Shown: positions 26,290 through 39,781 of the stretch, one piece after another
Position numbering within the stretch: position 1 is the first letter of the stretch
How the letters are laid out: each line of letters begins with the position of its first letter
Assembly: GCA_964016885.1 (NCBI GenBank)
Contig: OZ024741.1
Span: 95,418,001-95,482,000, forward strand
Source of the DNA: Eledone cirrhosa
Taxonomy: Eukaryota
Direction of reading: 5' to 3'
DNA: 64,000 nt
Notes under the pieces: generated by a model
Seen by the model: the letters and a program-made list of their open reading frames with translations, nothing else
The model's database searches: none
Told to the model about the DNA's origin: nothing
Program-made: the position numbers and the translations under genes

Positions 26290-26920
26290 CCAACTCTTTA
26301 TGTTCTGTGTTCAAATCTTGATGAAGTCAGCTTTGTGCTTCATCCTTCTGATGTTGATATAATACCAGTTAAGTACTGGAAGTACTGGGGTGGATTTAAT
26401 AAACTGTCTCCTCCTTTGAAATTTCTGGTCTTGTGCCTAAATTAGAAATCATTATTAATGAGTTCAAATCCTGCCGAGGTTAGCTTTGCCTTTCATCCTT
26501 ATGGGGTCGATAATATAAAGAACCAGTAATGTACTGGAGTAATAGCTGGCTTTGTGCCAAAAGTAGAAACAATTATTAATATCATTGCTATTTATTGCTA
26601 CTGTAAGGGCAGTAGATTGGCAGAATTGTTGAAGTATTGGATAAAATGCTTCCTGGCATTTGTTCCTGCACTTTACATTCAGAGTTCAAATCCTGCTGAG
26701 GCCAACTTTCCCTTTCATCCTTCCAGGGTTGATAAAAAGTACCAGTCAAATATTGCAGTTGATATAGACTTCCCCTCTCCACAAATTGCAAGCCTTGTCC
26801 CTAGATTAGAAATCATTATTATTGAGCCTCAGAAAAATGCTTAGTAATATTTATTCCAGCTCCTTAGATTCTGGGTTCAAATCCTGTTGAGGTCTACTTT
26901 GCCTTTCATCCTTTTGAGGT
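26290..26920 (+). mobile_element. Tandem cluster of ~4 SINE A copies of differing divergence
   Basis: Repeated GTTCAAATCC...CTTTGCCTTTCATCC. Confidence 0.8.
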
Positions 26921-26929
26921 TGTTACTCG

Positions 26930-27198
26930 ATAGGGTGTTTAGCTCAGATATTAAGGCATTCCTTCAAGTAAAGCTGCTACTTCTCCAAATTGAGAAACTA
27001 CAGCTCCAATACAATGAACATGTGGTTAGAATGTTCAATGAAAGAACTACTGGACACATTTTACAAGGTAGACCACAAACAACTTGGGGATCAAGCCAGA
27101 TCATTTGTAGATGGTTACTTTAGATAGGGGCCTTAGAAGGTATGTCTTGGGACTCTGCCCTCATGTCCCTACTATGATTAAGTGGGTGAAGAAGAAGG
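26930..27198 (+). mobile_element. RTE (REX3/Expander-like) LINE 3' fragment
   Basis: LLLQIEKLQLQYNEHVVRMFNER...GRPQTTW; (GAA)n tail. Confidence 0.65.
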
Positions 27199-27929
27199 AA
27201 TTACAAAATCTGTAGAGTGATGGACAAAATAAAGTACCTTGAAATATTTAGTTATCTTCAGTCCAAACCATGCCAGTATTTATTCTAAACCTTGTGGAAG
27301 TAATGAAATAAATACTGGGGCTGTACTGAGTTTAATATAAATTTATGGCCTTGTGCATCATCATCATCCTCATCATCATTGTTTTTCTATGCTAGCATAG
27401 GATAGGTTAGTTCAAAATTTTAAAGATTTTTTTACATCCAGATGTTATTCTTGACACTAAAGTGCCTTTAGTTACCTTTGATATACAGGAATACAGTGAA
27501 CATATTCTAAAATCTGTGTACAGCATAATGGTTGTCTTTAATTTTTTGTTTTTGTTTTGTTTATATTTAATCTAGGATTAAAAGAAAGATAGGTGTTTAT
27601 ATTTTTACACAGCGGATTAGCAAGGGCTTTCATGGAGACCCACTTTTGATGTACTTTAGATGTTATTTGTAACTACGTCACCATATTTAGTTTAACATTT
27701 GTGATACAAAATCACATAAAATTGCACCTGGTTTTTATGATAGAAAACAATTAAAAAAAAGTTTTTAAATTTATCTAAAAATATTTTATTATTTCATTAA
27801 GCCTCGGTAGCTTAGTGGGAAGTACCAGAAATGGTGAGATCCTGGTCTGGGTGTTCAATCCTGATCTGAGGGTTGAATCGAGGACTGAGGTTCAATCCTG
27901 GCCTGTGAGATACACATAAGGTGTGATAA

Positions 27930-28123
27930 AGGGCGGTGGATTGGCAGTATCGGTAGAGGGTCGGATGCCATGCTTTGACGCATAGAGTTACGGCCCTTGC
28001 CATTCTGAGTTCAAATCCCGCCGAGGTTAACTTTGCCTTTCATCCTTATGGGGGGTCGATAAAATAAAGTACCAGTAATACACTGGGTAATTGCTGGCCT
28101 TGTGCCAAAAGTAGAAACAATTA
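27930..28123 (+). mobile_element. Full-length SINE family A
   Basis: GGGCGGTGGATTGGCAGTATCGGTAGA head, GAGTTCAAATCC B-box, body and AATTA tail. Confidence 0.9.
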
Positions 28124-31100
28124 TAGTTTTATGTTTGAAATTAGATAAATAATGAGAAAGTTATTTTACTAAATCTCCAAATTCTGTTTAAAATCATTTA
28201 AAACCATAGGCAATGTCTTTTATTAAAAATTTAGTAATGAAAGGGTTAAATATATGAAGATATGAGTGCAGGCAAAGTCGGTGAATTAAGGAATTTTCTT
28301 CACAACCAGTTAGTTGAGGGTTCAGTCCCACTGTGTGGCTCTTTGGCTAAGTGTCTTCTACTATAGCATAGAGTTGACCTATGCTTTCTGAGAGGAATTT
28401 GGTAGAGAGAAACCTGTCATATATATGAATATATGTGTGGTCTGTGTTTATACCCTATAGTTTTGGGACTGGTGAAATATAGGTGATAGCATTACAGTTG
28501 CCATAGATTCTTATAAACAATTTTATATTGTTTATATTAAAAAGTCCTATCTTGTATATCTTACCCATGTTGTGTATTAATCTTTCTGTTATTTAATCCC
28601 AGGTCAGCTCTAATTGAAAATACTTATCATCAAAGGTATCACGTTTTTAATGGCTCAGTTTATCTAGGACACTATTTGTTTTATGTTCCAAACTAATCAT
28701 TTTTTTTTTGTCTAGAACTATGTTATCCAATGTATCCTTTGTTTTTTGTTTTTTAAAGAGAGTATGTTTTGAGGAAGATTTGGTTGTTATCTCAAGCATA
28801 TCAAGCAATCACTTAGAAGCTGCCATGTTAAAAGCATGGATTATCAATTCTATAGATTACCAGACAATCAGCCAAGATATGACATATGTTAAATAAAGAA
28901 ACCAGTTAGCAGTTTTTATAATTTCAGCGACACAGAGTTGTATTTTTGACCCAGACACTTAACTATTTACACCCAAGTAGTTGAGCTGACTGCAGAGTTT
29001 AAAAAAAAAAAAAAAAACAGTTATTGCACTATAAAATTGTCTTGTGCCATCCTGATTGAATGCTGATACAAGTACAAATACTGCCAAGTTTCAATTTTAC
29101 TGTAGTTTTATGATACATAAGTCTTTCTCAAGATAATTATTGAACTGAGTGCTATGGTGAAAGTCAACCTCTTCTTTTAATAGCAACTAAAGAAATTATC
29201 CCATCTTGGAGTTATAAACATGTTGATGAAATTAAATTAAAGAAGACACAAGACATAACAACCATCCTAGTGCTGGTGTCACGTTAAAATTCACTCATTA
29301 GAGTGTATATGTATGTGTGTGTATATATATAAGCAAGATGTAAGCCCTCAGTTTATCTAACACATCAGTAACTCCACTTGGTCTGTAACAACCTATCCAT
29401 TTCTTGCTAGCAGGGAAAATAATAGATGTTAAATGATGAGTTAGAGAAGGGATATTTCATGTGAGTGCTTTACTGTGTACATTTTACAATAAGTAATACC
29501 AAATTAGTTGCAAATGCGGGTGTCACTATAAGATTATTTGACTTACTGGAAGTAGCAGCCATGTCTCCCTCAAACCACAACCTACTAATGGTTTTAAAAA
29601 AGGACATATTAGATAATATAGTTAAAGATGCACTATGCTGGAAAATGATAGGACGGTCAGGATTAGAATGTCTTTGATGATAGGTCTTTTCAGTCAGTTT
29701 ACCTGGGGTTAAACAATGACAACAATTAAACTCTTAAAGTTACGAAGAATGTAATTAATTAACTTAACTGTTTTGATATCAAACTGTTTATTTTAAAGTG
29801 CTTATATTTATCTAAAAAACCTCCCATTGTAGTTTTATGTAAGAACTTTTATTGTTCTAAACACCAACTTAACAATGATAAATTTAGCTATATTGCTTAA
29901 TCCCTCCAAATTCTACATTACTTTCAAAATTATTTGAAAATTAAAGTCAGTGTCTTTCATTAGAAATATGGTAACAAAAGGGTTACCAAAGGTATCAGGG
30001 TACAGTTGCTATACTGAGAGAGCTAAGAGCTTACAGTTTGTGCATTTTTCTACATGTGTTGTCTGTAAGAATTCCATTAGATGTCAGTGGATGATTTCCA
30101 TCAAGTTTTTAGGCAGTGTACACTGTTGTGAAATGAAATTGATTCTGAAGATGTGTACAGCTGTCAGAGACAAGATGACCACTTAACTGACAGCTTGATA
30201 ATTATCCTAAATCTGACTAGGAATGGACAGAGACAATTAGAACTTCGTTAACTATGTAATTAATGTACACTTGATTGCAAATCTCTACTTTGTCTTTTTG
30301 AGCTACTTTCACTTCCTCATACTTTAATATCCCTCCCCCCCTCTCTCTGTATGTCAGTATATATGTTTATTTCTAGTTTCCAACATCCTCAATTTCCTTC
30401 ACCCGCTCCATTCAATCACATCTCCATTTCCTTCTATTCTCTCTCTCTCTCCCTCTCTCTCTACTACCAAACCCTTCCTTTCTCCCCCATACTTCAGTCT
30501 CCCCATCCCTTCTCCCAACTTCTTTCATTTGTCCCCTTTTCATTCATATTGTAATATCAATTTAAACTTGTCCATCACTCACCATGCTTTGAAAGATCTT
30601 TCCCAGTCAGTCAGTGCTACCATTCCTAACACCTTAGAATTTGGCTGAAGGCAAGTGCTTTTCATTTGTTTTCACATTCTTCCCTTTCTCTCTCTTCTTC
30701 CTCTTCACTAACTTTTTTTCTCTGCTCTTCCTCCTCCTCCTGTTTCTCACCTTTCTCTGGTACTTCGAGACACACATGTCCACTTGTATGTGCATGGATG
30801 CACACCTGCACTCCCATCAACAGCTCAACCTGGCCCTTGGATTCCTTTGGTGGAGCCTCCACTCTATTGTAAGCATTCAGCTCAGATCATCAATTTGAGG
30901 ATAACCTTGGCTCTCTAAGTTTCTTTATCCTTTTCTTTCACAAGTCATGGAGACCCAACAGAAAGTCATTAAGCCTTCAAATGCATGAATATCACAACAT
31001 TCCCCTTCCTTCTCTCCACATCGTAAGCAGTTTGTTTCATGTCTACCTTTACCTATATCATGAACCATAACTGAAAGAATATGATCCAGGATTCTCAGTA

Positions 31101-32484
31101 TGGTATATAATACTATTAATAATTTTGCTAACTAACCATGCGTGCGCATTTAATGAGCTGGATGGGGGTCAACTTTATTACAATATTACAATAAGATTTA
31201 AAGCTCAATATGTTTGTACAATCAATCCACAATTGTGAAGAGCAAATGCATTCAAAATCCATTGGATGAATCCAAGAATTATTTGAATGTAACCTCATTG
31301 AGCATAAGTAGGATTATATAAGTTTTTTTTAAATGTAAAATGATAGAATTCTACCTATACCCTTTGTTTATTATTTACTATATATATATTTAAGATGATT
31401 TTCCTCGCAGTTTCTATTTACCAAATTCACTCACAGGGCATTGGTCTGTCATGGTTCCGAAGTGAACTTCCAAAGTTAGCCATGCCTGTGTCTACATTAG
31501 AAACAATATCTTTTGTTGTTGTTATAATCTTGCTTTTGTAGTGAGACTTCTGTTTAGAGAACTTCTTTAATCTTTTACATCCTATAATGATTTAACTAAA
31601 CATATCTAAAAGCAGGTTTGTTAATTCAAATATTTAAAATATCTTTGTTAGTGGACAGTCCATTGTGAAAATTTACAGTATACTGAAGTAAAACCATACA
31701 TTTTTAATGTGATGCAGATTCAGTGATAGTGTTGGTTCATACTTTAAACAAAATGTACTTCTAATGCTGTTTCATGCTGTACAGGACATTAAGAAGTTAA
31801 TTGAATCTATGAAGATTCCATAGATATATATATTTCAGCTTTCTATCTTTCACCTTTTATAACTTAATATCCAAAGTGTGTATGTGTGTGTGTGAAGAGT
31901 GAGAGAAGACAGAAGCTCATGAAATCCTTGTGTACAAAATGTTTAGGGTTCCTGCCAAAATCTATAACTCTGTAGATAATTGAAGTTTTGTCTGGAGTTC
32001 CACAAACGTCATTGGTGCAGCTATTGTTTCTCTGTCGAAACCTTTGCCAAATAGAAAGATGATCAATAAAAATAACTCTAACATTAATGTGTGTGTGTAA
32101 TATTGGTTATTATCCTTCCCTTACCATTTTCAATTGAACACTGCTGTCAGTATAAATCTTGGTGCTTCCTCTCTGTTCAAAACAATGTCACACCAATGCA
32201 ATGTGGGGAGGCCAAAAAAGAAAGAAAAAATAACAAAACAAACAAACCTATGATATTTCTCAATAGGTCTGCAGTTTTTTTCAATTAATCACTTCCCACC
32301 AGGAAGAAGGAAATGGATTGACCACTAGATTGATTGACCACTAACAATTCTAGCCAAACCATTAATATATGGAGGCAAAACTATTTTCTTTTAAAGGTTC
32401 ATTCATATCTTTTTTTTTTTAGTTTGTTTTTCTGCATCTATTTATTGATGCTGATTTAAAAAAGAAACTGTTCTTGAATGGAAT

Positions 32485-32689
32485 TTAACCCTTTCATTAT
32501 CCACATTTCTAATAAACACTGCCTCTAATTTTTTAATTAGACTTGAAAATGTTCTGTAATATAATCACAGATTAAACTGATGTTTGGAATATAACTTCAC
32601 AAAAGTTCTTAGATAAAATTATGAAGGAAGGTTTTTAGATAAATATAAACACTTTAAAATAGCTAGATTAGTATCGTAGAAAGGGTTAA
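32485..32689. mobile_element. Second TTAA MITE, family C (older)
   Basis: TTAA-CCCTTTC...GAAAGGG-TTAA; fragments near 4760, 11250, 14600, 19430, 28130, 29770, 37835 and 41440. Confidence 0.7.
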
Positions 32690-33372
32690 GATAGACATAG
32701 AACCAAAGGAAGTTTGGAATCAAAAGGTTAGATTAATTCTACACTAGAAGTATTTGTATTCAAAATGTATGAGGACAATTAAAGATGGAGTAGTTACATA
32801 GCCTGAAGATCATACATTTAGGAATGGGAAAAAATGATTATTTTCATAAATTATTGAGATTTTATATAACATCATATTATAATAAAAACAAGTGAAACAA
32901 TGAATGAAACAAAAAAAGGAAAAGAAGAAAATGAAGCAACAAAAGAGAAGCGGGAGAGAGGATAGACTACACCCGAGTCTCAGTCAACAGGTTTTCAATT
33001 CCAAATCACATCACTCTATGATTATAAATAGTTCAATAAGATAGATGATGCTACCAAGTATTGACAGACAGAATGGTAAATATATGATTCTGGATTGATA
33101 GCGAGGGAGATGGCTTGCTCTGAAAGAGACTGTCCAACTTAGGGGCTTATTCTTGATCTTGTGGGTGGTTGGCCATCTCCATCCTGGTCACAGTAATAAA
33201 TAGAGAGATAGACTCAGGACATCAGATGTTTCCATCACTATCAGTTCAATTAACAATAAACTTATTGGAGAACCTCCAGCATTGAGCTTTGAGGTTCTTC
33301 AACCTGTTAGACAATGGAGAGATTGGGTATGATGCCTTTGTTCGTTATTTCTGATATTGATTTCATATCTTT

Positions 33373-33714
33373 GGAGCCACATGGCTTAGTGGTTAGAGCA
33401 TTGGCCTTGCAATCGAAAGGTTGTGAGTTCAATTCTCAGACCGAGTAATGTGTTGTTTCCTTGAGCAAGACACTTTATTTCACATTGCTCCAGTTTACTC
33501 AGCTGTAGAAATGAGATGATAGGGACTGTGGTCCATATCATTCCACTGCAAAGTGGTCGTGGAGGTGCCACGGCAAAAAAGCACCCAGCACTCACTGTAA
33601 ATGAGGTTGGTGTTAGGAAGGGCATCCAGCTGTAGAAATCAAGCCAGCATCAGTTCCCGTCCCACCCTTGCAAGCAGGGAAAAAAGCGGACGTAAAATGA
33701 AATGAAATGAATGA
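33373..33714 (+). mobile_element. Full-length SINE family D
   Basis: A-box TGGCTTAGTGG, B-box GAGTTCAATTC, CORE-like CCTTGAGCAAGACACTT...CAGTTTACTCAGCTGTAGAAATG, (ATGA)-type tail. Confidence 0.9.
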
Positions 33715-33769
33715 TCTTTATTCCTCCCACTCCCTCAGTGTTAACACTGAGGTGGTGATGATAGTAGTA

Positions 33770-34142
33770 GTCTTGGTCTTGGACATTACCTCACTTGATA
33801 AGGTTCACTGCATGGTAAACCACCTGTAACTAATAGTACATGGATGCCACATGTTGCAGCACCGTCTCCAGTGGCAACCTGCTGCATTCAGCTGCCAGGC
33901 TGAAGATGGCTAATTGTCAAAGTATCAGCTGCTCTCTGATAGATTTGTGGTCAAGCCTGTGGCAGTGGAGACTTCTTGCCTTCTTGGCCACCACCCCCGG
34001 ACCATATCTCTACTCACTGCTACTAGGGTGGAGTTGGCTACCTGCAAGTGCAAGCCCCATGAGGTATAGTGGCTATTCCAGCATGTTAACCTCACAATCC
34101 TTCAAGGTAATGTCTCCTCCATCCTGTCTACTGGGACCATGA
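33770..34142 (+). pseudogene. Decayed CRE-clade non-LTR retrotransposon, restriction-like endonuclease domain
   Basis: With frameshifts: (W)DATCCST...AEDG*LSKYQLLSDRFVVKPVAVETSCLLG...PHEV*WLFQHVNLTILQGNVSSILSTG. Confidence 0.75.
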
Positions 34143-35075
34143 GGCAGACTGAACCTTAACCTGCATTGATAGATTTGAAGACAGTTACACCTAACAGCCC
34201 ATATAGTAAGGTCTTCCCATTAGTACATAGAAATATGTTGACAGTTTGAAACATTATCATCATCATCATTACTGTTGTTATTCATGATGATGATGATGAG
34301 TGCCTTGGACAATACCATCTACAACACCAGCTATCATTCTCCACCTCTTTCTTCCTTTTCATTACCATCATTTTCACCTGTGTGGAGAAGAACTAGAGGG
34401 TAGCCAAAGGCAAGATGGTTTCACAATCTGACCTGATACCCCAGCTCCATATGGCCCAGTATGGTTAGAGATAGGAAGTGGTGGAGGTCAATCAGAGAGG
34501 GGTTCCTCCTACAGGAGTGAGACGGTTTCAGATTTAGATTTGGTGTGTGTGTGTTGGCATGCTTTGTAGGTCTGTAGAATACCATAGAACTTAATTCAAG
34601 ATTAATTATATTTCTCTCACTTTCCCCCACTCCTCTCTCTCTCATATCTATTTTTTTCATTCTTCTAAACAGGATTTTACATCCACTATATTTGTGTCAG
34701 AAAATTAAGGAGTTTGTATATTTCGATGATATGTTGTGTTCTTTTACCACATCATTTAAATGTTGGATAGAAATGGGACCCCCACGCTGTTATAAACTAG
34801 GCAGAATAGTGTCAGGAAAGTATTGTTTTGCTTGTGTGTGTGTATATATATATATATATATGTATATGTGTGCGTGTGTGTGTGTAATAATAAAATTATT
34901 GTGTAAAGTGCTCAGGTGCGCTACAACTCATTAGATGTGCATGTATAGTACATAGAATAATGTACAAATGTCAGAAAGGTGAACAGTGTATGAGTCATGA
35001 TATACACACAGTATATATATATATATGTATACATGTATTTAAGATTATTGTGAAATTGTGTGTTGAAACAGATGT

Positions 35076-35250
35076 TGTTATATTTGGGGAGGGTCATATT
35101 GCCAATAAAAACCACTGATTTCCACTTTGGTTTTTATTATAATTATCTTATGTAGTTGTGTCAAGATAACAAACTAATAATAATAATAAAACTGAAGTGA
35201 AAACAACTAGTGCATGTGTTTTTATTAGTGACATGACCCTGCCAATATAT
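35076..35250. mobile_element. TA-associated fold-back element, family E
   Basis: GTTATATTTGGGGAGGGTCAT...ATGACCCTGCCAATAT; same termini at 24037-24057/24233-24253 and a fragment near 12370. Confidence 0.65.
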
Positions 35251-35302
35251 ATATATATGTGTGTTTGTGAGAGTTCCAGGTTCAATTGGGGGTGACCACA
35301 GT

Positions 35303-35360
35303 AAGTTATTCCTGATGATTTCCTTTGAATGAAACAGTTTTAATCCTGTAGAAGCCATTT
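35303..35360 (+). ncRNA. Type I hammerhead ribozyme motif with intact core
   Basis: CTGATGA 35312-35318, stem II TTC/GAA, GAAA 35331-35334, stem III ACAG/CTGT, GTA cleavage triplet ending 35350, short stem I TTC/GAA. Confidence 0.55.
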
Positions 35361-35371
35361 CTATATTAAAT

Positions 35372-35437
<66 letters not shown>

Positions 35438-35718
35438 ATATCCCACATGTGCTAACCCAGTGAACTAAAAAGACACACTAAACACTTCATCTACACCATG
35501 TAGTTCTCCAGTTACAACCACCAGAACATAGAATGTACAATAAAAACTGAAGTGAAATTCAGTCTATGCTATGTATATGTTTTTATTGGCACTATAATCC
35601 TACATTATGCAATACCACCCTTATGCACAACATTGTATTGAACAGAGAGTGTCTGACAAGATAGATAGATGCTTTTGTCTGTCTCTACCACATTTTTTTC
35701 TTTTCATGCGCAACTTTG

Positions 35719-35774
<56 letters not shown>

Positions 35775-36045
35775 CATCATCATCATCATCATCATTATGG
35801 CTGTTTTTCCACCCTTGTATGGGTTGGGCAGTTCCTTTTTAGCATCTTTCCTCATGTTGGAGTTCTTCATCATCCCTACTGTGAGGTTCAGCTCTCATCA
35901 CCTCTGCTTAAGTCTTCCTTGGCCTTCCTCTACTGCAGCTTCCTTCCTTCCTTCCACTGGGATTTCCTGGCACTTCTTCACCCAGTGACCACCATTCATG
36001 CGCATCACATGTCCATACCAATGCAGTTGTTTCTCTTGCACACTA
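35775..36045 (-). mobile_element. RTE-clade LINE 3' fragment
   Basis: VQEKQLHWYGHVMRMNGGHWVKKCQEIPVEG...RGRPRKT; (GAT)n tail. Confidence 0.8.
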
Positions 36046-37834
36046 ATTCTATATCTATATATATTATTAGAATGGCTGTTTAAAATAGCATAATACTTAA
36101 AACATTAAGTGAATGAGCGCTCAATGTTTGTAAGTAGACATATTATTTTCTGAATAGAAAAGATGTAGTGACTTTGAAGATTCAGGTTGATCACTTCATA
36201 GTTCAGTGTTTATATATAGGGGCAAGGTGCAGAAAAGAATATTTATTTTTATATCTAGTAGCCCATGAAATACATTTGGAGGAATGTCAATGGTGTAAAG
36301 TTAGATAAAATAATAATATTAGTAAGGATTGAAGTCTGGGATCCATTCTACAGCTAACCTTTGTGAAGTAGATAGGAGTGGAAGCTGTTGTCAGTAAGGG
36401 GAGTTTGAGGCAATTGATGAGATCTAACCTGACCTATACAATGAGCTTCTTCTGTACCTCTTAATTTCATTGAGTCATGATGGTTGAGTGCTTAATATAA
36501 TGGACTCAGGCATGTGGTTAAGGAATTCACTTTGTAATCAAGAGGTCCAAGTTTCTATCCCACTGCATCACATCTGGGGCAAATAATTTTTAAAAATATA
36601 TATTATATATTAAAGCCTTAGGTAAAATAAACTTTCAGTTTGTGAAACATTGTTGTTAATAATAAACAAAGAAGCAATTGTTAAAATTATAATGATATAA
36701 ATCTGCAGTTTCTGAAAGGCCTGTCATCAAAAAGTCTCTTATCAATTTGAGTAGATTTCATCAAGACAAATCTACAGACTAATCAATAATGTAATCAGCA
36801 GTTTAATGATCCACTGGTTGAATTTTGAGTCATTTATCTCTCTGTTTAATTGTTCTGCTAATTTGTCAGATTATATTCAAGGCTATTGAATTTTAGTCTT
36901 TTTCCTCTTCTCTTCATTGTTACATACATGCTTCACATGATATACTTAAACCTAGGCTTCGTCGCCTGACAGTCTGAAGATAGCAAACTGACAAAGTACC
37001 GACTGCCTTCTGATATGTTTCTTGCTGAACTCAGCTGTAGAAATATCAGGTGTTCTGGGTCTTCAGACAACTTTCTTCAGTTCAGTTGAGAAAAAGATGG
37101 CCAAATCTCCTTTAGATGAAGACACATTGAAAAATGTGGTCCTGGTTTCTCTGTTCAAGGGAAAAAAATAGGATGGTTTGGTTGTGACTGGAAATGCCTT
37201 TGATCATAAGGTCTATTTGATAAAAGACTGACAGTAGGTACTATTTAGTCCATAAAGATGATGCTGACTCCCAGAAATGGTAGGCCTCAAAATCATTTAT
37301 TATCATCATTGTCATTTTTATGTCAGCTTTTCCTTGATGGTATGGGCTGAAAAGATCTTTTTAAGGCAGTGTTTTATGAATGGATGCTCTTCATGATGCC
37401 AACTCTTTTAGTTACTTTTAAAATATGCATGGATACAATGTACCTATTCTAAAACTCAGGTTACAATCTATAACATTAACAATAGTATTGCATCCAGTGG
37501 TAACTCTACTATATGTTTTGGATTACTCAAAGGCGGTGGGAATGGTGATTATGATCTAGTACTCTCTCCCAGATTGATGAGATTAAGGTGGTTAATGTTT
37601 GATTTCAGTTACTGTTGGTTGATAAAAATTTAAGAATATGAGCAGGGGATCAACTCATTGTAAAGGGTGGTTGGGGTAGGGCTGCATCATGTGGGATTAA
37701 CCGATTTGATACTATATTTCTAATCTACAACACTGCTTTTGATTTTGAAAATAATCGAGAATTTGGAAGAATGTAGTAAAAATAACTTTCTCATTATTTA
37801 GTTGGTGTTTTAGCATAATTTAGTCTCTGTCTGA

Positions 37835-38281
37835 TTAACTTTTTCATTACTATATATCTAATAGAAGATATGGTTTATAATTTTCAAAACATTTTGGAAA
37901 TAATCAAGAATCAGGGTAGTTTTCTTACTATTAAACTGGCATTTGGAGCTGAACTTAAAGTTCTTACATAAAATTATGATGGAAGGTTTAATCCTTTAGC
38001 ATTTACTTTATATTTACTATTTTATTTTCACAGTAAACACTTTATCTTACATAATTATCTCACATAATATTGAATCTATGAGATTTTGATATTATTTATT
38101 TTGAGAACAATACCTTAACATCAGTATGAGCGACTGGTTATAGCCCGTTTGAATAGAAAGAGGTGAGAGAATTCTGGCCAGATATGGCTGGTTTAAATGC
38201 TAAAGGGTTAAACAGTTTGAAATAAGCAGATGTCTATTATAGAACGAGGGGCAGTTTCAGGAAGTTTATGAAAAGGGTTAA
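37835..38281. mobile_element. MITE family C with family B nested at an internal TTAA (37988-38211)
   Basis: Outer and inner TTAA-bounded TIR pairs. Confidence 0.75.
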
Positions 38282-38759
38282 TGATTAGGTAATAAATGTA
38301 TAGTGTGAGATGTGACTATTGAGACCCATGAAGGATGAGAGGTATTGAGTGGGTTCTTAGCTCTGACTAATATCATGATAATATGATGTAAACAGAAGAG
38401 TATTTTAGAGAGAGAGAAAGAGACTTTAGCGGCAGCTGCTGAGAACCTTTGACTAGTTAATCAGTAAGAAGGTTAAGTTTTAATGAAAATAATCCTTTTA
38501 CAAAAGGTCGATTGAGATTGTTGACATCATTCATGCTTGCAGTATTTTCAGAGTCTGCAGGTGAAACTTTAAAAGAAACAATATTTGTGTCATAGCTGAA
38601 ATTAAAGAGAGTTAGTGAATTGGCCGTCATTTGAGCATTGGATACAAAACCTTGCAATGTTTGTTCTGGTCCTCTATGTTCTAATGTCAAATCGCCTCAT
38701 AGTCAACTTTCTTGATCATCCTCTTGAGGTTAAGATACCTTTTAACCCTTATTAGTTTG

Positions 38760-38978
38760 TTGTTCTTCTTTTTCTTCTACTTCACCCACTTATTCCTGGG
38801 AGGGTCGTGGGGGCAGAGTCCTCAAGCATACCTTCCAGCGGTTCATGTCAGAAGCAGCCTTCTCCAATTAATTCGGTTGGATCCCCAAGTGGGACCAGCC
38901 AAGCTCATGGATGTTATCCAACCATCTTCCTCGGAGGCTACCCCTGGGCCCCTTGCTGGTAGGTTCTACCTGTAAAAT
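38760..38978 (-). mobile_element. RTE (REX3/Expander-like) LINE 3' fragment
   Basis: RWLDNIHELGWSHLGIQP..LEKAASDMNRWKVCLRTLPPRP; (GAA)n tail. Confidence 0.8.
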
Positions 38979-39366
38979 CTAGTTGTTACAGGTCTGAGAA
39001 AAGTAACAAATTGGTGACTAGTGCAAATGAGACATTGGAACATGGCTGGAAACAAAGACATCTATATTACATTGTCCTTCATGTTAGATAACAAGGGACA
39101 TGTTCAGGCTTTAGGTAGAGGGACCTCTTTGAAAAAATATATTGCCGTTTCCATCCAATGATGGAAGAACTGGTGATGGGCCTACAACCTATTCTGAGGG
39201 GCATGGGATGGAAGCACAAAGGCTACATATTTTGAGATCCCTGTGAGGGTCTGGAAAGGAGCAAACCTTATTAGTTTATATATATATATATATGAGCGGA
39301 ACAAGTAAACATTAAACAATCTTTTAAATAAATTAAAATACGATTTAAATATTTACCTCTTCTAAT

Positions 39367-39446
39367 GCCGTGACCCATGGTTTTGCTGATCGAAAGATTG
39401 GAAATTCAGAGAATTTCCAATGGAAAGATACAGCTCTTCAGACAGC
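39367..39446 (-). ncRNA. Type I hammerhead ribozyme motif (G12->A core mutation)
   Basis: Minus strand: GCTGT-CTGAAGA-GCTG...CAGC-AAAAC-CATGG-GTC-ACGGC. Confidence 0.7.
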
Positions 39447-39698
39447 TTTTCCAAACCTACTAGACATAAATCCAAGTAGAAGTAGATGTATCGCTTTTTG
39501 CCCGGTGTATGAAATCAAGCCGTTAAAATGACCCACACATAAATAGGCCGTAAGAAAAACGGGAATTATAGACTCGTTGATATTTCATGTTACTAGAAAT
39601 AGCAGCATGATACAACATTTTTTTCTCTACATTAAAGGAGAATTCAAATAAATGATATAGATATTCCAGTAGGTATTAAGTACCCACAGAATGGAAAA

Positions 39699-39781
39699 GC
39701 TGTTTGAAGAGCTGTATCTTTCCATTGGAAATTATTCTCTGCATTTCAAATCTTTTGATCAGCGAAACTGTCGGTCACGGC
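39699..39781 (+). ncRNA. Type I hammerhead ribozyme motif (C3->U core mutation)
   Basis: GCTGT-TTGAAGA-GCTG(T)ATC...GATCAGC-GAAAC-TGTCG-GTC-ACGGC; stems I and II pair. Confidence 0.7.

Noticed and set aside
30662-30862. Glu-rich minus-strand ORF (MEAPPKESK...EEEEE)
   Set aside because: Acidic tail comes from a CT-rich low-complexity tract; no start ATG or recognisable homology
33373-33445. tRNA gene (also 50555, 25116 and 27800-27905)
   Set aside because: A and B boxes present but no complete cloverleaf; these are SINE heads or fragments with repeated B-boxes
36972-37070. Small fold-back with CTGAAGA on both strands; similar weak motifs at 6730-6760 and 33218-33244
   Set aside because: Stems I-III cannot be drawn convincingly; too degenerate to call
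38457-38690. 77-aa minus-strand ORF
   Set aside because: Starts within a decayed SINE A fragment; no supporting splice or domain signal
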